Source: Octopus sinensis
Taxonomy: Eukaryota
Assembly (NCBI RefSeq): GCF_006345805.1
Contig: NW_021833438.1
Coordinates: 10,688-74,687, forward strand
Reading direction: 5' to 3'
Length of the DNA: 64,000 bases
Below, one piece after another: positions 10,885-22,467 of the stretch (within the stretch, counting starts at the first letter, position 1; every line of letters begins with the position of its first letter). Below the pieces are notes generated by a model. That model was not told the origin of the DNA. It saw only the letters and a list, made by a program, of their open reading frames with translations, and searched no databases. The position numbers and the translations under genes were made by a program.

Positions 10885-11095
10885 GTTTGTGCTTGTGTCT
10901 GTACCCCACCACTGCTCACTTGACAACCGGTGCTGGTTTATTTACATCACCATAACAGAGCAGTTCGGCAAAAGAGACCAATAGAATAAGTGCTGGGCTT
11001 AAAGTTAGTATCGGGAGCAATTTTAACAACTAAAATTCTTTAAGGCAGTGCCACAGCAGAGGTGCAGTCCTATGACTGAAACAAATAAAAGACAA
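10885..11095 (+). mobile_element. SINE family A, 3' half, diverged
   Basis: CACTTGACAACCGGTGCTGG through GACTGAAACAAATAAAAG. Confidence 0.6.
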
Positions 11096-11261
11096 TATAT
11101 ATATATATATATATATATATTCCTGAGTAAGCACATAAATGTGAAACAAGGTGGAAAAAAGAGTACTCAAATACCAGAGGTAGAGTAATATGCTTTATTT
11201 ATCTGTTGTTTATCTTTTTTTTTAACAAAACTGTTTATCTGTTGTTTATCTTCTTTTTAAC

Positions 11262-11308
11262 AAAACTGTCCGACGAACGGGAACGTGAAACTCCGAATAA
11301 CAGCTTTT
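11262..11308 (+). ncRNA. Hammerhead motif, U4C variant; same family as 63371-63408
   Basis: CTGT CCGACGA ACG GGAA CGT GAAAC TCCGA ATA ACAG; cleavage triplet decayed from GTA to ATA. Confidence 0.55.
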
Positions 11309-11335
11309 GTTATATTTCTGCTGCTTTTAAATAAA

Positions 11336-11377
<42 letters not shown>

Positions 11378-11389
11378 CCCCCTTGGACA

Positions 11390-12050
11390 CACAAAGACCT
11401 GTTGAGGCAAGCGAAGTCGATTATCGAACCTCATCCGACGACAGGCACCTATGGCAACCCCCCTTGCTTGCGAAGACCTGTTGGGGCAAGTGAAATCGAA
11501 ATTGAACCAATCCTATGACTAGCACCCGGCAGATGCCAGGGCCCTGGGACTGGAGGTACGTAAAAAGCACTATCCGAATTGTGGCCAATACCAGCGCTGC
11601 CTCGCCTGGCTTCCGTGTCGGTGGCACGTAAGAAGCACCATCCGAATCGTAGCCGAAGCCAGTGCCACCTCGACTGGCTTCCATAAAATGCACCATCCGA
11701 ATTGTGTCCGATGCCAGCGCCGCCTCGACTGGCTTCCGTGTCGGTGGCACGTAAAAAGCACCATCCGAATCGTAGCCGAAGCCAGTGCTGCCTCGACTGG
11801 CTTCCATAAAATGCACCAATCCGACCGTGGCCGATACCAGCCTCGCCTGGCACCAGTGCAGGTGGCACGTAAAAAGCACCCACTACACTCACGGAGTGGT
11901 TGGCGTTAGGAAGGGCATCTAGCTGTAGAAACATTGCCAGATAAGACTGGAGCCTAGTGCAGCCTTCTGGCTTCCCAGATCACCGGTCGAACCGTCCAAC
12001 CCATGCTAGCATGGAGAACGGACGTTAAACGATGATGATGATGATGATGA
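11390..12050 (+). mobile_element. SINE-like retroposon family C with (GAT)n tail and internal diverged tandem units
   Basis: GAGTGGTTGGCGTTAGGAAGGGCATC..CATGCTAGCATGGAGAACGGACGTTAAACGATGATGATG; several GTGGCACGTAAAAAGCACC units. Confidence 0.85.
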
Positions 12051-12079
12051 TATACACACACATATATATATATTTCCAA

Positions 12080-12380
12080 GAAAGTTATTGGTTGTGAATG
12101 CAGCCAACTAAGGGATAATATCTATCCAATACACTGGTCGTAGGATACCCAATTATTAATACACAAGATATTTTCCCAATTTATATTCCTGTATATTGTA
12201 TTTTAATAATACTTGGTATCTCTGTATATATTATATATTTTATATGTAAAGCATAATATGTTATACATGTATATGTATTCTTGTAATTGTCATTTTAGTA
12301 AATAAAAAATAAGTTGACATAATATAATGTCAAAAAGTTGATGAACCACCTATTGATCCCCTCCATTTTCTTATTGCTCT
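12080..12380. mobile_element. Rearranged fragment of the repeat family at 52560-53240 and 63590-63908
   Basis: Shares CCAACTAAGGGATAATATCTATCC and AAAGTTGATGAACCACCTATTGATCCCCTCC with those loci. Confidence 0.75.
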
Positions 12381-12447
12381 ATACATTATATATATATATG
12401 TATATATATATATATGTATATATATATATGTCTATATATATATATTG

Positions 12448-12479
<32 letters not shown>

Positions 12480-12629
12480 ATATATAATATATATATATAT
12501 ATTATATAATATATATATATATATATATAAAGTTAATCCAAACAAGAAAAGCACCAAAAACACAACAACGCGAGGACGTGGAACAAAATATAGTATTATT
12601 GGACGCTCAGGAAGAAGGAAAGAAGGAGG

Positions 12630-12664
12630 GTTTAACGTTTCGAGCGGAGCTCTTCGTCGGAAAC
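12630..12664 (-). ncRNA. Hammerhead motif, U4C variant core
   Basis: Reverse complement: GTTT CCGACGA A GAGC TCC GCTC GAAAC GTT AAAC; perfect 4-bp stems I and II. Confidence 0.65.
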
Positions 12665-12839
12665 ATTGGAGAAGGAAAGATCCAGAGAAGGGAAGACAGA
12701 GGAAAAAAAAATCGCCAACGGTACCGACGAGGTCACATTTTGAAAGCAATATATATATATATATATTTTAAAATAGCCATCATTTGCAAGCGAGGATAAC
12801 TTGGTAGCACGTATCATGCTTTCAGTAATTGTTTTCCAT

Positions 12840-12853
12840 TATTATTATTATTA

Positions 12854-12907
<54 letters not shown>

Positions 12908-12909
12908 TA

Positions 12910-12967
<58 letters not shown>

Positions 12968-12985
12968 TGTTATCATTATTATTAT
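12840..12985. repeat. (ATT)n microsatellite
   Basis: Seen directly. Confidence 0.95.
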
Positions 12986-12986
12986 T

Positions 12987-13212
12987 GGCAGCGAGATGGC
13001 AGAATCGTTATCACGCCTGGCGAAATGCTTAGCGGTATTTCATCTGTCTTCATGTTCTGAAGTTCAAATTCCACCGAGGTTGACTTTGCCTTTCATCCTT
13101 TCAGGGTCGATAAATTAAGTACCTGTTGTATACTTGGGTCGATGTAAACGACTGGCCCCTCCCTCCAAATTCCAAGCCTTGTGCCTATAGTAGAAAGAAT
13201 TATTATTATTAA

Positions 13213-13252
<40 letters not shown>

Positions 13253-13380
13253 GGTGGTGAGCTGGCAGAATCATTAGCACACCTGGCAAAATGTTTAGCG
13301 GTATTTTGTCTGCTGCTACGGTCTTAGTTCAAATTCCACTGAGGTCTACTTTGCATTTCATCCTTTCAGGGTCGATAAAG
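12987..13380 (+). mobile_element. SINE family B, two copies separated by (ATT)n
   Basis: Heads at about 12987 and 13254, each with a B box and the central domain. Confidence 0.8.
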
Positions 13381-13654
13381 TTTATCAAAGCACGAAACTA
13401 TCGAACCCTGAGTCACTCTGTTACTTCTACTAAATATATATATGTGTGTGTGTGTGTGTATATATATAGGTATGTGTGTGTGTGTGTATATATATATAGG
13501 TGTGTGTGTGTGTGTATATATATATAGGTGTGTGTGTGTGTGTTGTGTGTGTGTGTGTGTATATAGGGAGAGTTTACGAAAAAACAATAGATGAAGACAG
13601 GTGGTGTACAAAACAAACAGATGTATTAGTATAACACTCAGGAATAGAAAAAGT

Positions 13655-13690
13655 CTTTTACATTTCGAGCCTACGCTCTTCTACAGAAAG
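13655..13690 (-). ncRNA. Hammerhead-like motif, A6U variant, within repeat 13565-13755
   Basis: Reverse complement: CTTT CTGTAGA A GAGC GTAG GCTC GAAAT GTA AAAG. Confidence 0.55.
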
Positions 13691-13919
13691 GGACACAGAA
13701 AAAACAAGGAGAGAAAAAAAAGAGAGAGAAAAACGTGTGTAGTGGCTAACGATCTATATATATATATACACACATACACACGTATACTTTAATATGTATA
13801 CATATATTTGCAATACGTATGTGTGTGCATGTGCGTGCGTGTGTGTGTGGGATATGTCCGTCTGTCTGTCTGCATGTATGTCTATGTGTGTATATGTGTG
13901 TGTATTATATATTCTCTTT

Positions 13920-14328
13920 TATTCTTTTACTTCTTTCAGTCATTTGACTGTGGCCATGCTGGAGCACCGCCTTTAGTCGAGCAAATCGACCCCAGGATTT
14001 ATTCTTTGTAAGCCCAGTACTTATTCTATCGGTTTCTTTTGCCGAACCGCTAAGTGACGGCGACGTAAACACACTAGCATCTGTTGTCAAGCAATGCTAG
14101 GGGGACAAACACAGACACGCAAACATACATGCAAACATACACGCACATACGTATATATACATATATACGACAGGATGCTTTCAGTTTCTGTCTACCAAAT
14201 CCACTTACAAGGCATTGGTCGGCCCGAGGCTATAGTAGAAGACATTTTCCTAAGGTGCTACGCAGTGGGACTAACCCAGAACCATGTGGTGGGTAAACAA
14301 GCTACTTACCACACAGCCACTCCTGCAC
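13920..14328 (-). mobile_element. SINE family A, full length
   Basis: Head and tail both present on the minus strand. Confidence 0.9.
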
Positions 14329-14569
14329 CTATATATATATATAATATATATTCAAGCCAGTGACCAGCAATGACGACACCGGTTTGACTTTGAATCTCTT
14401 TAATAATTGAAAATAATGAATTTAATTCCTCTTAATTCTACCTCAGTTCATCTAATTGTATTTATTTATTGCTACTTTTCATTAAAAAGGCCTTAATTTT
14501 TTGATATTCAATGTACATTTTCGCTTTTTCTCTTCTTACCTTCCCCATATCTTTTCCACGTGTAGTTTC

Positions 14570-14760
14570 TATTTTCTTTTTGAAATATATTTCTACTATA
14601 TATCATCATCATCATCATCATTTAGCGTCCGTTTTCCATGCTAGCATGGGTTGGATGGTTCAACTGGGGTCTGTGAAGCTGGAAGGCTTCATCAGGCCCA
14701 GTCAGATCTGGCAGTGTTTCTACGGCTGGATGCCCTTCCTAACGCCAACCACTCCGTGGT
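14570..14760 (-). mobile_element. SINE-like family C, 3' part
   Basis: (CAT)n then TTTAGCGTCCGTTTTCCATGCTAGCATGGG..GCCCTTCCTAACGCCAACCAC. Confidence 0.8.
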
Positions 14761-14860
14761 TTATATATATATAATATAAATTAATATATATATATAAATT
14801 AAAAGAATGAGATAAAAATCCAAGGCTGTGAAAGATTTCAGAACATTTATAAAGAGAAGG

Positions 14861-14907
14861 TCTTACAGCTGTTTCCGGGATATTTTATACATCCCTTCAT
14901 TGGAGAT
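14861..14907 (-). ncRNA. Decayed hammerhead motif
   Basis: Reverse complement: TCT CCAATGA A GGGAT..ATCCC G GAAAC AGCT GTA AGA; stem III palindrome ACAGCTGT. Confidence 0.45.
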
Positions 14908-15128
14908 GGTGTGAGAAAATGATTAAGCAATAGTTATTCTTGATAAGATATGAAACAGAGAGTGAAGTGAAGGAATGAAAATAGACGTGAGATATATACA
15001 TGTGTGTGTGTGTGTGTGATGACTAATGACTAAAACATGTACAAAAATAAAAGAATATATAACACGTGGTTTTAGGTTCAGTACCACTTCGCGGCACTCA
15101 GTATTTCGGCAGAAATTGTGTAGAAACT

Positions 15129-15187
<59 letters not shown>

Positions 15188-15399
15188 TAGGGAATAAATC
15201 CAAACTTACAGGGAAAAATCAGATTTAGGATTAAATCCAATTTTATAGTAAAATATTATATTATATAAATTAGAGATAAAACCACTATTAGGCAAATCAA
15301 ACAATGAAAAACATAAGCCAATACATAAAATTAATTAATTTATATTATTTTAAATATATATCAAAAGTATTAAAAGTTTAATAAAAGATAAGAATAAAA

Positions 15400-15468
15400 C
15401 ACTACGATCGTTTCATGGCTATACAATTCGTAATAATTCGAGTTATGGTTACAGTCAATCTTCAGGTA
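15400..15468 (-). ncRNA. Type I hammerhead motif with a long stem II
   Basis: Reverse complement: TAC CTGAAGA T TGACTGTA..TATAGCCA T GAAAC GATC GTA GTG; palindrome ACGATCGT; 3' half of a related copy at 9715-9738. Confidence 0.65.
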
Positions 15469-15554
15469 ATTGAAATATGTATCTTATCGAGGTTTAGCAA
15501 TGAATTTAGGTAATTTAGGTAATTGAAATATTTATCTTATCGAGGTTTAGCAAA

Positions 15555-15598
<44 letters not shown>

Positions 15599-15998
15599 TA
15601 TATATATATACTCGAAGTCTCTTCTTTCTTTTGTTATCTTACCGTTTTTATCAATATAATATATAAATATATAAAATATGAATTAGAAATAAAACCAGAA
15701 TTAGAGATAAATAGTAGTTTTTTTCTCTAATTCATATTTCATATATTTATACTGTGAAATTTGATTTAATACTAAATTGAATCTTTCCCTGTAAGTTTGG
15801 AGTTGACTGGCCTGGTGCAGCCTTCGGGCTCCCCAGACCCCAGTTGAACCGTCCAACCCATGCTAGCATGGAAAGCGGACATTAAATGATGATTGATGAT
15901 GATATACTTGTCCTGTTCTCCATTTTTTCTTGATGTTTACATATTTAACTCGTTTGTTTACATATTTCATGTTGTTTGAACCGTTGGTGATGTCCTGT

Positions 15999-16587
15999 CA
16001 TCATCATCATCATCATTGTTCAACCGTGGTCGAGACAATGGAATTTACCATGTTGCGCCAGACTTCACGGTCCATCATAGCATTACGGAGGTCCTGTTGC
16101 TGGATGCCTGTATCCCTGGAGATTACATCAGGGTAGGAGAGTGTGTGCCCTCTGGCATTGCGAGTAGATGGCTTCCAGAGGAGGAGAGTAGAAATTACCT
16201 CTTTTTCAGTTCTACAACAATGTCCAGCAAACTGGACTCTCCTACCTTTCACAAGAGATGACACAGGTGGTAATTTCCCATATATTTGCATTTTAGTTGG
16301 ATGGCGCCTCCACGAGAGATTTTGAGCTCTCATAAGGAGGCGAGTGTAGGTTCTATCCAACCGCCTCTCAAGCTTCTTTGATAACGTCCAGGTTTCTGAG
16401 CCATATAGTAGAATTGGTTCGACTGTGGCTTTGAATATTTCAAGTTTGAAGTCTCTACTTAGATTTGATGACCAGATCTTATGCATGTCATTACAGGCTG
16501 ACCAGGCCATACCCTTTCTAGTTAGAAAGTCTTTTCCAGATGATGATATGTATGACCCAAGATATCCTGGATATCCAAGATACCCAA
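15999..16587 (-). mobile_element. 5'-truncated RTE-clade LINE: intact C-terminal reading frame, (TGA)n tail, 10-bp TSD
   Basis: Protein YLGSYIS..EPILLYGSETWTL..RRVQFAGHCCR..MDREVWR; GATGTCCTGT duplicated at 15989-15998 and 16588-16597. Confidence 0.9.
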
Positions 16588-16614
16588 GATGTCCTGTACC
16601 CATATATGCATGTA

Positions 16615-16664
<50 letters not shown>

Positions 16665-16679
16665 TATATATTTCTTATT

Positions 16680-17289
16680 TAATTGAACACCACACATCCA
16701 TTTCCAAGTAAGTTTATCTTCACCTTTTTGATGCGACTCTCTTCTCTGTACTGTTTTCTTCCTCAATCCTTCTCTAATTCCCTTTTTCTCCCCTCCTTCC
16801 TTCACCATTTTGTTTCCATCTCTCTCACCCCTCCTTTCTCTCTCTCCTCTCTCTCTCTCGTTGCTCACACGTGACCCTCGTCCATTTTCCTTTTCCACAC
16901 GTGACCATCTTTCTTTTCCTACACAGACATTTAAAAGTACGGAGGTTTTTCTTTCTCTCTCTTCTATCATTTCTCTTTTCAAAAAAAAAAAAATGTTTCC
17001 CCCAGTGTTCACTAACGACCCTCCATGTTTGTTTTCGCTCGATTTCCTTGTATGTCTCCACTGTCATGTTTTTGTTCCTAACTTTGACCCTCCCTAAATC
17101 TTTAATTCTATTTTAGAATTTATGGGAGCGACTGTCTTTGAAGACTTATATTGTCGTTGAATTTCTCGAAATGAGGAGCAAATCGACAGCCAACAACTGA
17201 TGAAGGGCTCTTTCTCTGTTTTTTTCTCGTTGTTTACATATTTCATGTTGTTTGAACCATTAGTGACGTCCTGTACCCATATATGCATG

Positions 17290-17290
<1 letters not shown>
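16680..17290 (+). mobile_element. Family D non-autonomous element (pyrimidine-rich, ends CTGTACCCATATATGCATG)
   Basis: Both ends shared with 61265-61940; contains CAACTGATGAAGGG. Confidence 0.7.
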
Positions 17291-17337
<47 letters not shown>

Positions 17338-17421
17338 TATGTATGTATGTATGTATGTATATATGTATGTATGTATGTAAAAGCATGTGTGTGTATATAT
17401 ATATGTAAGTATGTGTGTATG

Positions 17422-17464
<43 letters not shown>

Positions 17465-17615
17465 GTGTATGGTAAATAGCTTGCTTCTCAACTACATCGT
17501 TCTAGGTTCAATCCCACTGCGTGGCACCTTGGGCAAGTGTCTTCTACTATAGCTTCGGACCGACAAAATACCTTGTGAGTGAATTTGGTACACGGAATCT
17601 GAAAGTAGCCCGTCG
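17465..17615 (+). mobile_element. SINE family A, 5' part
   Basis: AGGTTCAATCCCACTGCGTGGCACCTTGGGCAAG. Confidence 0.7.
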
Positions 17616-17997
17616 CATATATATATATATATATACTAGCACCATGACCCAGCAATGCCGTGTCATAGTGCTAGTGCGTGCATATACAGCTGCATGCATG
17701 CACACATACACACGAGTACTGTCCAAATCTCCGACCAATCACATACAGCTAGCTGGCATTCAATTGGCATATCAAGTTTCAGGCATCTTGATTGGGTTTT
17801 GGATAGAAAATTCACCAAGAAGTCACTTCTATTGACTTTTTAATGGCCTTGCGGGGTGACTGGGGAAATGTAGAGATGTGCACAACCACCCCTGGACGGT
17901 TTTGAATGACCATAGAAAGTACGAAACCTCTAACTGAAAAATTGTGGATTTGTATAAAGGACACACACACAGACATTTTGCCGTTTATATATATAGA

Positions 17998-18284
17998 CTA
18001 GCAGTATCGCCCGGCGTTGCTCGGGTTTGTAATATAAGCATTTTTAGAGAGTTACTTCCCTTATATAATAGCAAAAAAATGCATTACAAATGGGAAAAAA
18101 TGATGGTAAATTTTTTTTAAATCGTAGACTCATCGTAGACGCACGCTAATACCCAGAAGGGCTCGATATGAATCACGACTGTAAGATACCCGCTTTTGGT
18201 TAAACTGCACTGCAAAATGTGGGAGTAGTTAGGAATCTAAATCGTAGGAGACAGACACACACACAACTTCACTTTTATATATAA

Positions 18285-18287
<3 letters not shown>
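17998..18287 (-). mobile_element. Non-autonomous Helitron
   Basis: Minus strand: 5' TCTTTATATATAAAAG, 3' hairpin CCCGAGCAACGCCGGG then CTAG, inserted between A and T; copies at 23893, 58917 and 60869. Confidence 0.85.
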
Positions 18288-18318
<31 letters not shown>

Positions 18319-18664
18319 GGGGGGGGAGTTCATGAGTGTGCGCACAAGCGTTCCTGTTTCCTGCTTTTAACAAGCAATATTGGTTTGTTGTGACTGGAAA
18401 ACGTAAAGGGTTAACAAAACGAGAGTCCAGAACAACTACCAAGGCTTCAAACAAGTACTAGGGGCCTATTTGATCATAGAAAAAACTTCAAGGAGTTACC
18501 CTCTCCAGTATGACCACTGTCAAATGACTGGGGAAAAAAAGACTACATACACGTGCGCGCAAACATACATATACAGTTCAGTGACGATGTTAGTTCCATA
18601 CTAACCGTACTAACTGCAAACAATTTTTTAGAAAATATTCATCCAATGCGATGTTGATTACTCA

Positions 18665-19113
18665 CTTGTTCGTTACATACGTATGCACTCATACATACGT
18701 ACATACATGCATACATACATACGTACATGCATGCATGCATACATACATGCATGCATACATACGTACATGCATGCATGCATACATACATACATACATGCAT
18801 ACATACATACGTGCATACATACATGCATACATACGTGCATACATACATACGTGCATACATGCATACATACATACATACGTACATACATACATACATGCAT
18901 ACATACATACGTGCATACATACATACGTGCATACATACATACGTGCATACATGCATACGTGCATACATGCATACATACATACATGCATACATACGTACGT
19001 ACATACATACGTACGTACATACGTACATACATACATACATACATGCATGCATGCATACATACATACATACACATACATACATACATACATACATACATAC
19101 ATACATACATACG
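18665..19113. repeat. Compound tetranucleotide array (TACA/TGCA/CGTA)n
   Basis: Seen directly; explains the 130-190 aa ORFs here. Confidence 0.95.
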
Positions 19114-19186
19114 TATACTTGTATGTAGTTAAGTCTATGTCCGGTCTGAGAGTGACCAATAGTTTTGCATCCATAAAAGGATTAAC

Positions 19187-19637
19187 GGATCTTTTCGGTT
19201 TGAACGGCAGTTTTTTAAAATAATTTATTTCCACGTAACTAAACACTTTTAAACTTCGTATACTGGTAGAATGTGTTTATAAAACATATTTTTTCTCTTG
19301 GCTTTATTGAGAAAATTCTATAGTTTGTAAGATATTTGTTGTTTTTTCTTCTTCAATTTCTGCAATTTCAACCAATCAATGACGTCTATTGAGGTAAAAA
19401 AAAAATCCTGTGCCGTATGAATATGTCCCTCGTTTAAGAAACAGATTGGGTTTATTTACATTTGTGAAGAAAAAAAAGATACCCTTCCCCCACCCCTAAC
19501 CCTAACCCTAACTCCACCCCTAACCCTAACCCTAAAACAGATTGAAATGCAATAGATCGATACTAGGGTCATAATTATGGGTGACAATTTCATATGACAC
19601 CGCTAGAAAAAAACTGCCGTTCAAAACGAAAAGATCC
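19187..19637. mobile_element. MITE with ~29-bp TIRs, 8-bp TSD and internal (CCCTAA)n
   Basis: TIR GGATCTTTTCGGTTTGAACGGCAGTTTTT; GGATTAAC duplicated at 19179-19186 and 19638-19645; related relic near 20830-21110. Confidence 0.85.
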
Positions 19638-20395
19638 GGATTAACCCCTTGCACGTCTCGTTAGACCATAAAGCAAAAGACAAATGTAATTCTTCACCCT
19701 TGGGAGGCAGGAATCCATTCATTCTAGTTTTGTCCTGTTTTGCCGTTGTCGTGCTATCGTCCTTTTCCCGCTGCATGTTGGCGTTTGGCGGTTTCTGTTT
19801 GTTCTTTATTTTCCGTTCTACCTTTGATTTATCCTTGCAGCGCTACGTACAACTTTTTGTTTACTTTGTAAAAAAAGATACCCCTTGAATATTATGTACG
19901 ACAGTCACCCTCTTTTCCTCTCCTTTCTCTCTCTTTTTATTTCTCTTTTTTCTGCCTTTCCCTCTCTGTCTATCTCTTTCCCCCGCCCTCTTATTCTTCA
20001 ATCACTTTTGCTTTTCCTTCCTCACCTCCCTTGTACTTTTATCTCTCTTTTCCCTCCCTCTGATTTCTTACCCCCCTCTCGTATTCCTTAGTCCTTCTTC
20101 CCTCTTCAACTCCACCCTTACCCTACCATGTGATCGATGTCCGCTTCAAGCATTGCCATCCGTCTTTGAGGTCGGTTGTGTCTGTTCTGTTTCTGTCCTG
20201 CCGCCCGGTCTGTTAAGATTTTTTTCCATTATCCATGTGCTAACTTACTACACTCGTCTGATAGTCGAAAGACCTCGTTTGTTTTGTATTGTTTCAGTTT
20301 TGTTGTAATTGTATAATTATTTTCCTTTTGATGTATAGCCGAAAGGCGTTTGTCCATTGTGTATGTGTATATATATATATACTTCTATTTCATAT

Positions 20396-20720
20396 GTGGA
20401 GACGCAATGACCCAGTGGTTAGAGCAGCGGACTCGTAGTCGTAGGATCGCGGTTTCAATTCCCAGACCAGGAGTTGTGTTTACTGAGCGAAAACACCTAA
20501 AGCTCCACGAGGCTCCGGCAGGGGTGGGGTGGCGAACCCTGCTGTACTCTTTCACCACGACTTTCTCTTACTTCCTGTTTCTGTTGTGCCTGTAATTCAA
20601 AGGGCCAGCCTTGTCACACTCTGTGTCACGCTAAATCTCAGCCACTTACTTGCACGTTAATTTCACGAGCAGGCTGTTCCGTTGATCGGATCAACTGGAA
20701 CCCTCGTCGACGTAACGCCA
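20396..20720 (+). mobile_element. SINE family F (tRNA-derived)
   Basis: CAGTGGTTAGAGCAGCGG (A-box region) and GGTTTCAATTCC (B box); related copies at 24288 and 46307. Confidence 0.75.
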
Positions 20721-21140
20721 CGATTTCATGTTACGTTCGTCCTGTAGTCGAAAGACCCATTCTGTTGTTTACTTATTTGTTTTCGTATATGTACGTTCGT
20801 TAGCCTTGCCCAGAGGCTTAAATACAGATCGTTACCTTTTGACCAGCAGATTTAGAAAATAATTTTTTGTAACTAAACACTTTCAAACTTCGTATACTGA
20901 TAGAATGTGGCATATAAAACATCTTTTACTCTTGGCGTTGTTGAGAAAAGTTTATATTTACGAAGTTATATCCTGTTAAAGTTGTCGTATTTGGGTAATT
21001 TCAACGAATCAATGACGTGTATTCAGCTGAATAAAATTACTGCTGTTGTTTGTCAAGCGTTGATTAAATATTGGTTATGTGATGACACTTGATCGCATAC
21101 ATATCTAATCCTAACACTCTCAAATTTATATTTTGAAATG

Positions 21141-21206
21141 TTGCACAGAAGATGAGAAACAAGTAAGTAAATATAACTTTACTTTAATCTCGAAACGCGT
21201 ATGTAG
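21141..21206 (+). ncRNA. Hammerhead motif, U4A variant or decayed core
   Basis: TTGCA CAGAAGA T GAGA..TCTC GAAAC GC GTA TGTAG; palindrome ACGCGT. Confidence 0.55.
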
Positions 21207-21391
21207 CTAATCTGAGTCGTGTGGACTTGTTATTTTTTCTTTTTGCCTACATAAAAGCATTTGTTACTGTCTGGGAGATTTTTATGCTAGCAGAAAAGGC
21301 ATTTTAACTCCTATTCAGTGCGTGGCGAAGCAATTAGCTGACCCCTGATTATAATTATGTTTATAAATATAGAATATTTGTGTATACATAC

Positions 21392-21435
<44 letters not shown>

Positions 21436-21825
21436 AGACACGCACACACACACACAAATATGTATGTATTATCTATGTATATGCGTGTTGTTCCAGCACA
21501 GGATCTCAGATCAGGTCACTTGCTATGCAAGTACATCTCCGTAATATATATATAGTGATCGGACAAAATAATGGAAACATTACTGTTTATTTAATTATTT
21601 TTTTCATTGGCAACATGATAAATTCAAATATTGTATCTATATGTTTATTTGTATACCCTATGTGTGCATTGTACTTCATGGTATAGTTTTCTGGTTTTCT
21701 TTTCTTTTCTTTTCCAGATATTTATATTTAATCAAATTAAAATGCGCGACCTATCTGATTTCCCAAGAAGACATCGTTGGAGCGCGAAAGTTGGTGCTTC
21801 AGTTGGTGCTAAAACTGTTGAATTC

Positions 21826-22142
21826 ATCATCATTGTTTAACGTCTGCTTTCCATGCTAGCATGGTTGGACGGTTCAACTGGGGTCTGGGAAGCCAGAAGG
21901 CTGCACCAGGCCAGTCAGATCTGGCAGTGTTTCTACAGCTGAATGCCCTTCCTAACGCCAACCACTCCGTGAGTGTAGTGGGTGCTTTTTATGTGCCACC
22001 GACACAGGTGCCAGACGAGGCTGGTGAACGGCTACGCTCGGTTGGTGTTTTTTATGTGCCACCGACACAGGTGCCAGACGAGGCTGGCGAACGGCCACGA
22101 TCGGATGGTGTTTGTTACGTGCCCACAGCACGGAGGCCAGTC
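21826..22142 (-). mobile_element. SINE-like family C
   Basis: (CAT)n tail, conserved body, two internal ~63-bp units. Confidence 0.85.
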
Positions 22143-22430
22143 TATTTAATGTTTAATGTTAAATTAAGTGCAGTCGTTAAAATCATGTTGGCATTCCAGA
22201 ACCAAAGTGGAACCAGCTCTGGTAAGTATAATCCTGGATGGAAGGCAAAGATAACAGAGGGACCTTAGAATAGTGAACTATATTGAATCTAAAAACCATC
22301 AAGGGTAACATATGTAACAACATGGCAAAACAACCACCTTGCCAACCCTGTTTCAACCAGAAGCGATTATCGTGACTTTGTTAAACTTGGATACCATGTA
22401 AAGTGTAACTGCAAAACCTTTCCTATCCTC

Positions 22431-22435
<5 letters not shown>

Positions 22436-22467
<32 letters not shown>

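Noticed and set aside
18639-19246. MYVC/HTYI-repeat ORFs, and similar YI/HT ORFs throughout the window
   Set aside because: Microsatellite translations
19495-19535. Chromosome end or telomere
   Set aside because: Only a few CCCTAA units, internal to a TIR element
20255-20350. GNRA hairpins GTC-GAAA-GAC and GCC-GAAA-GGC after TGAT
   Set aside because: No complete ribozyme core or pairing partners found
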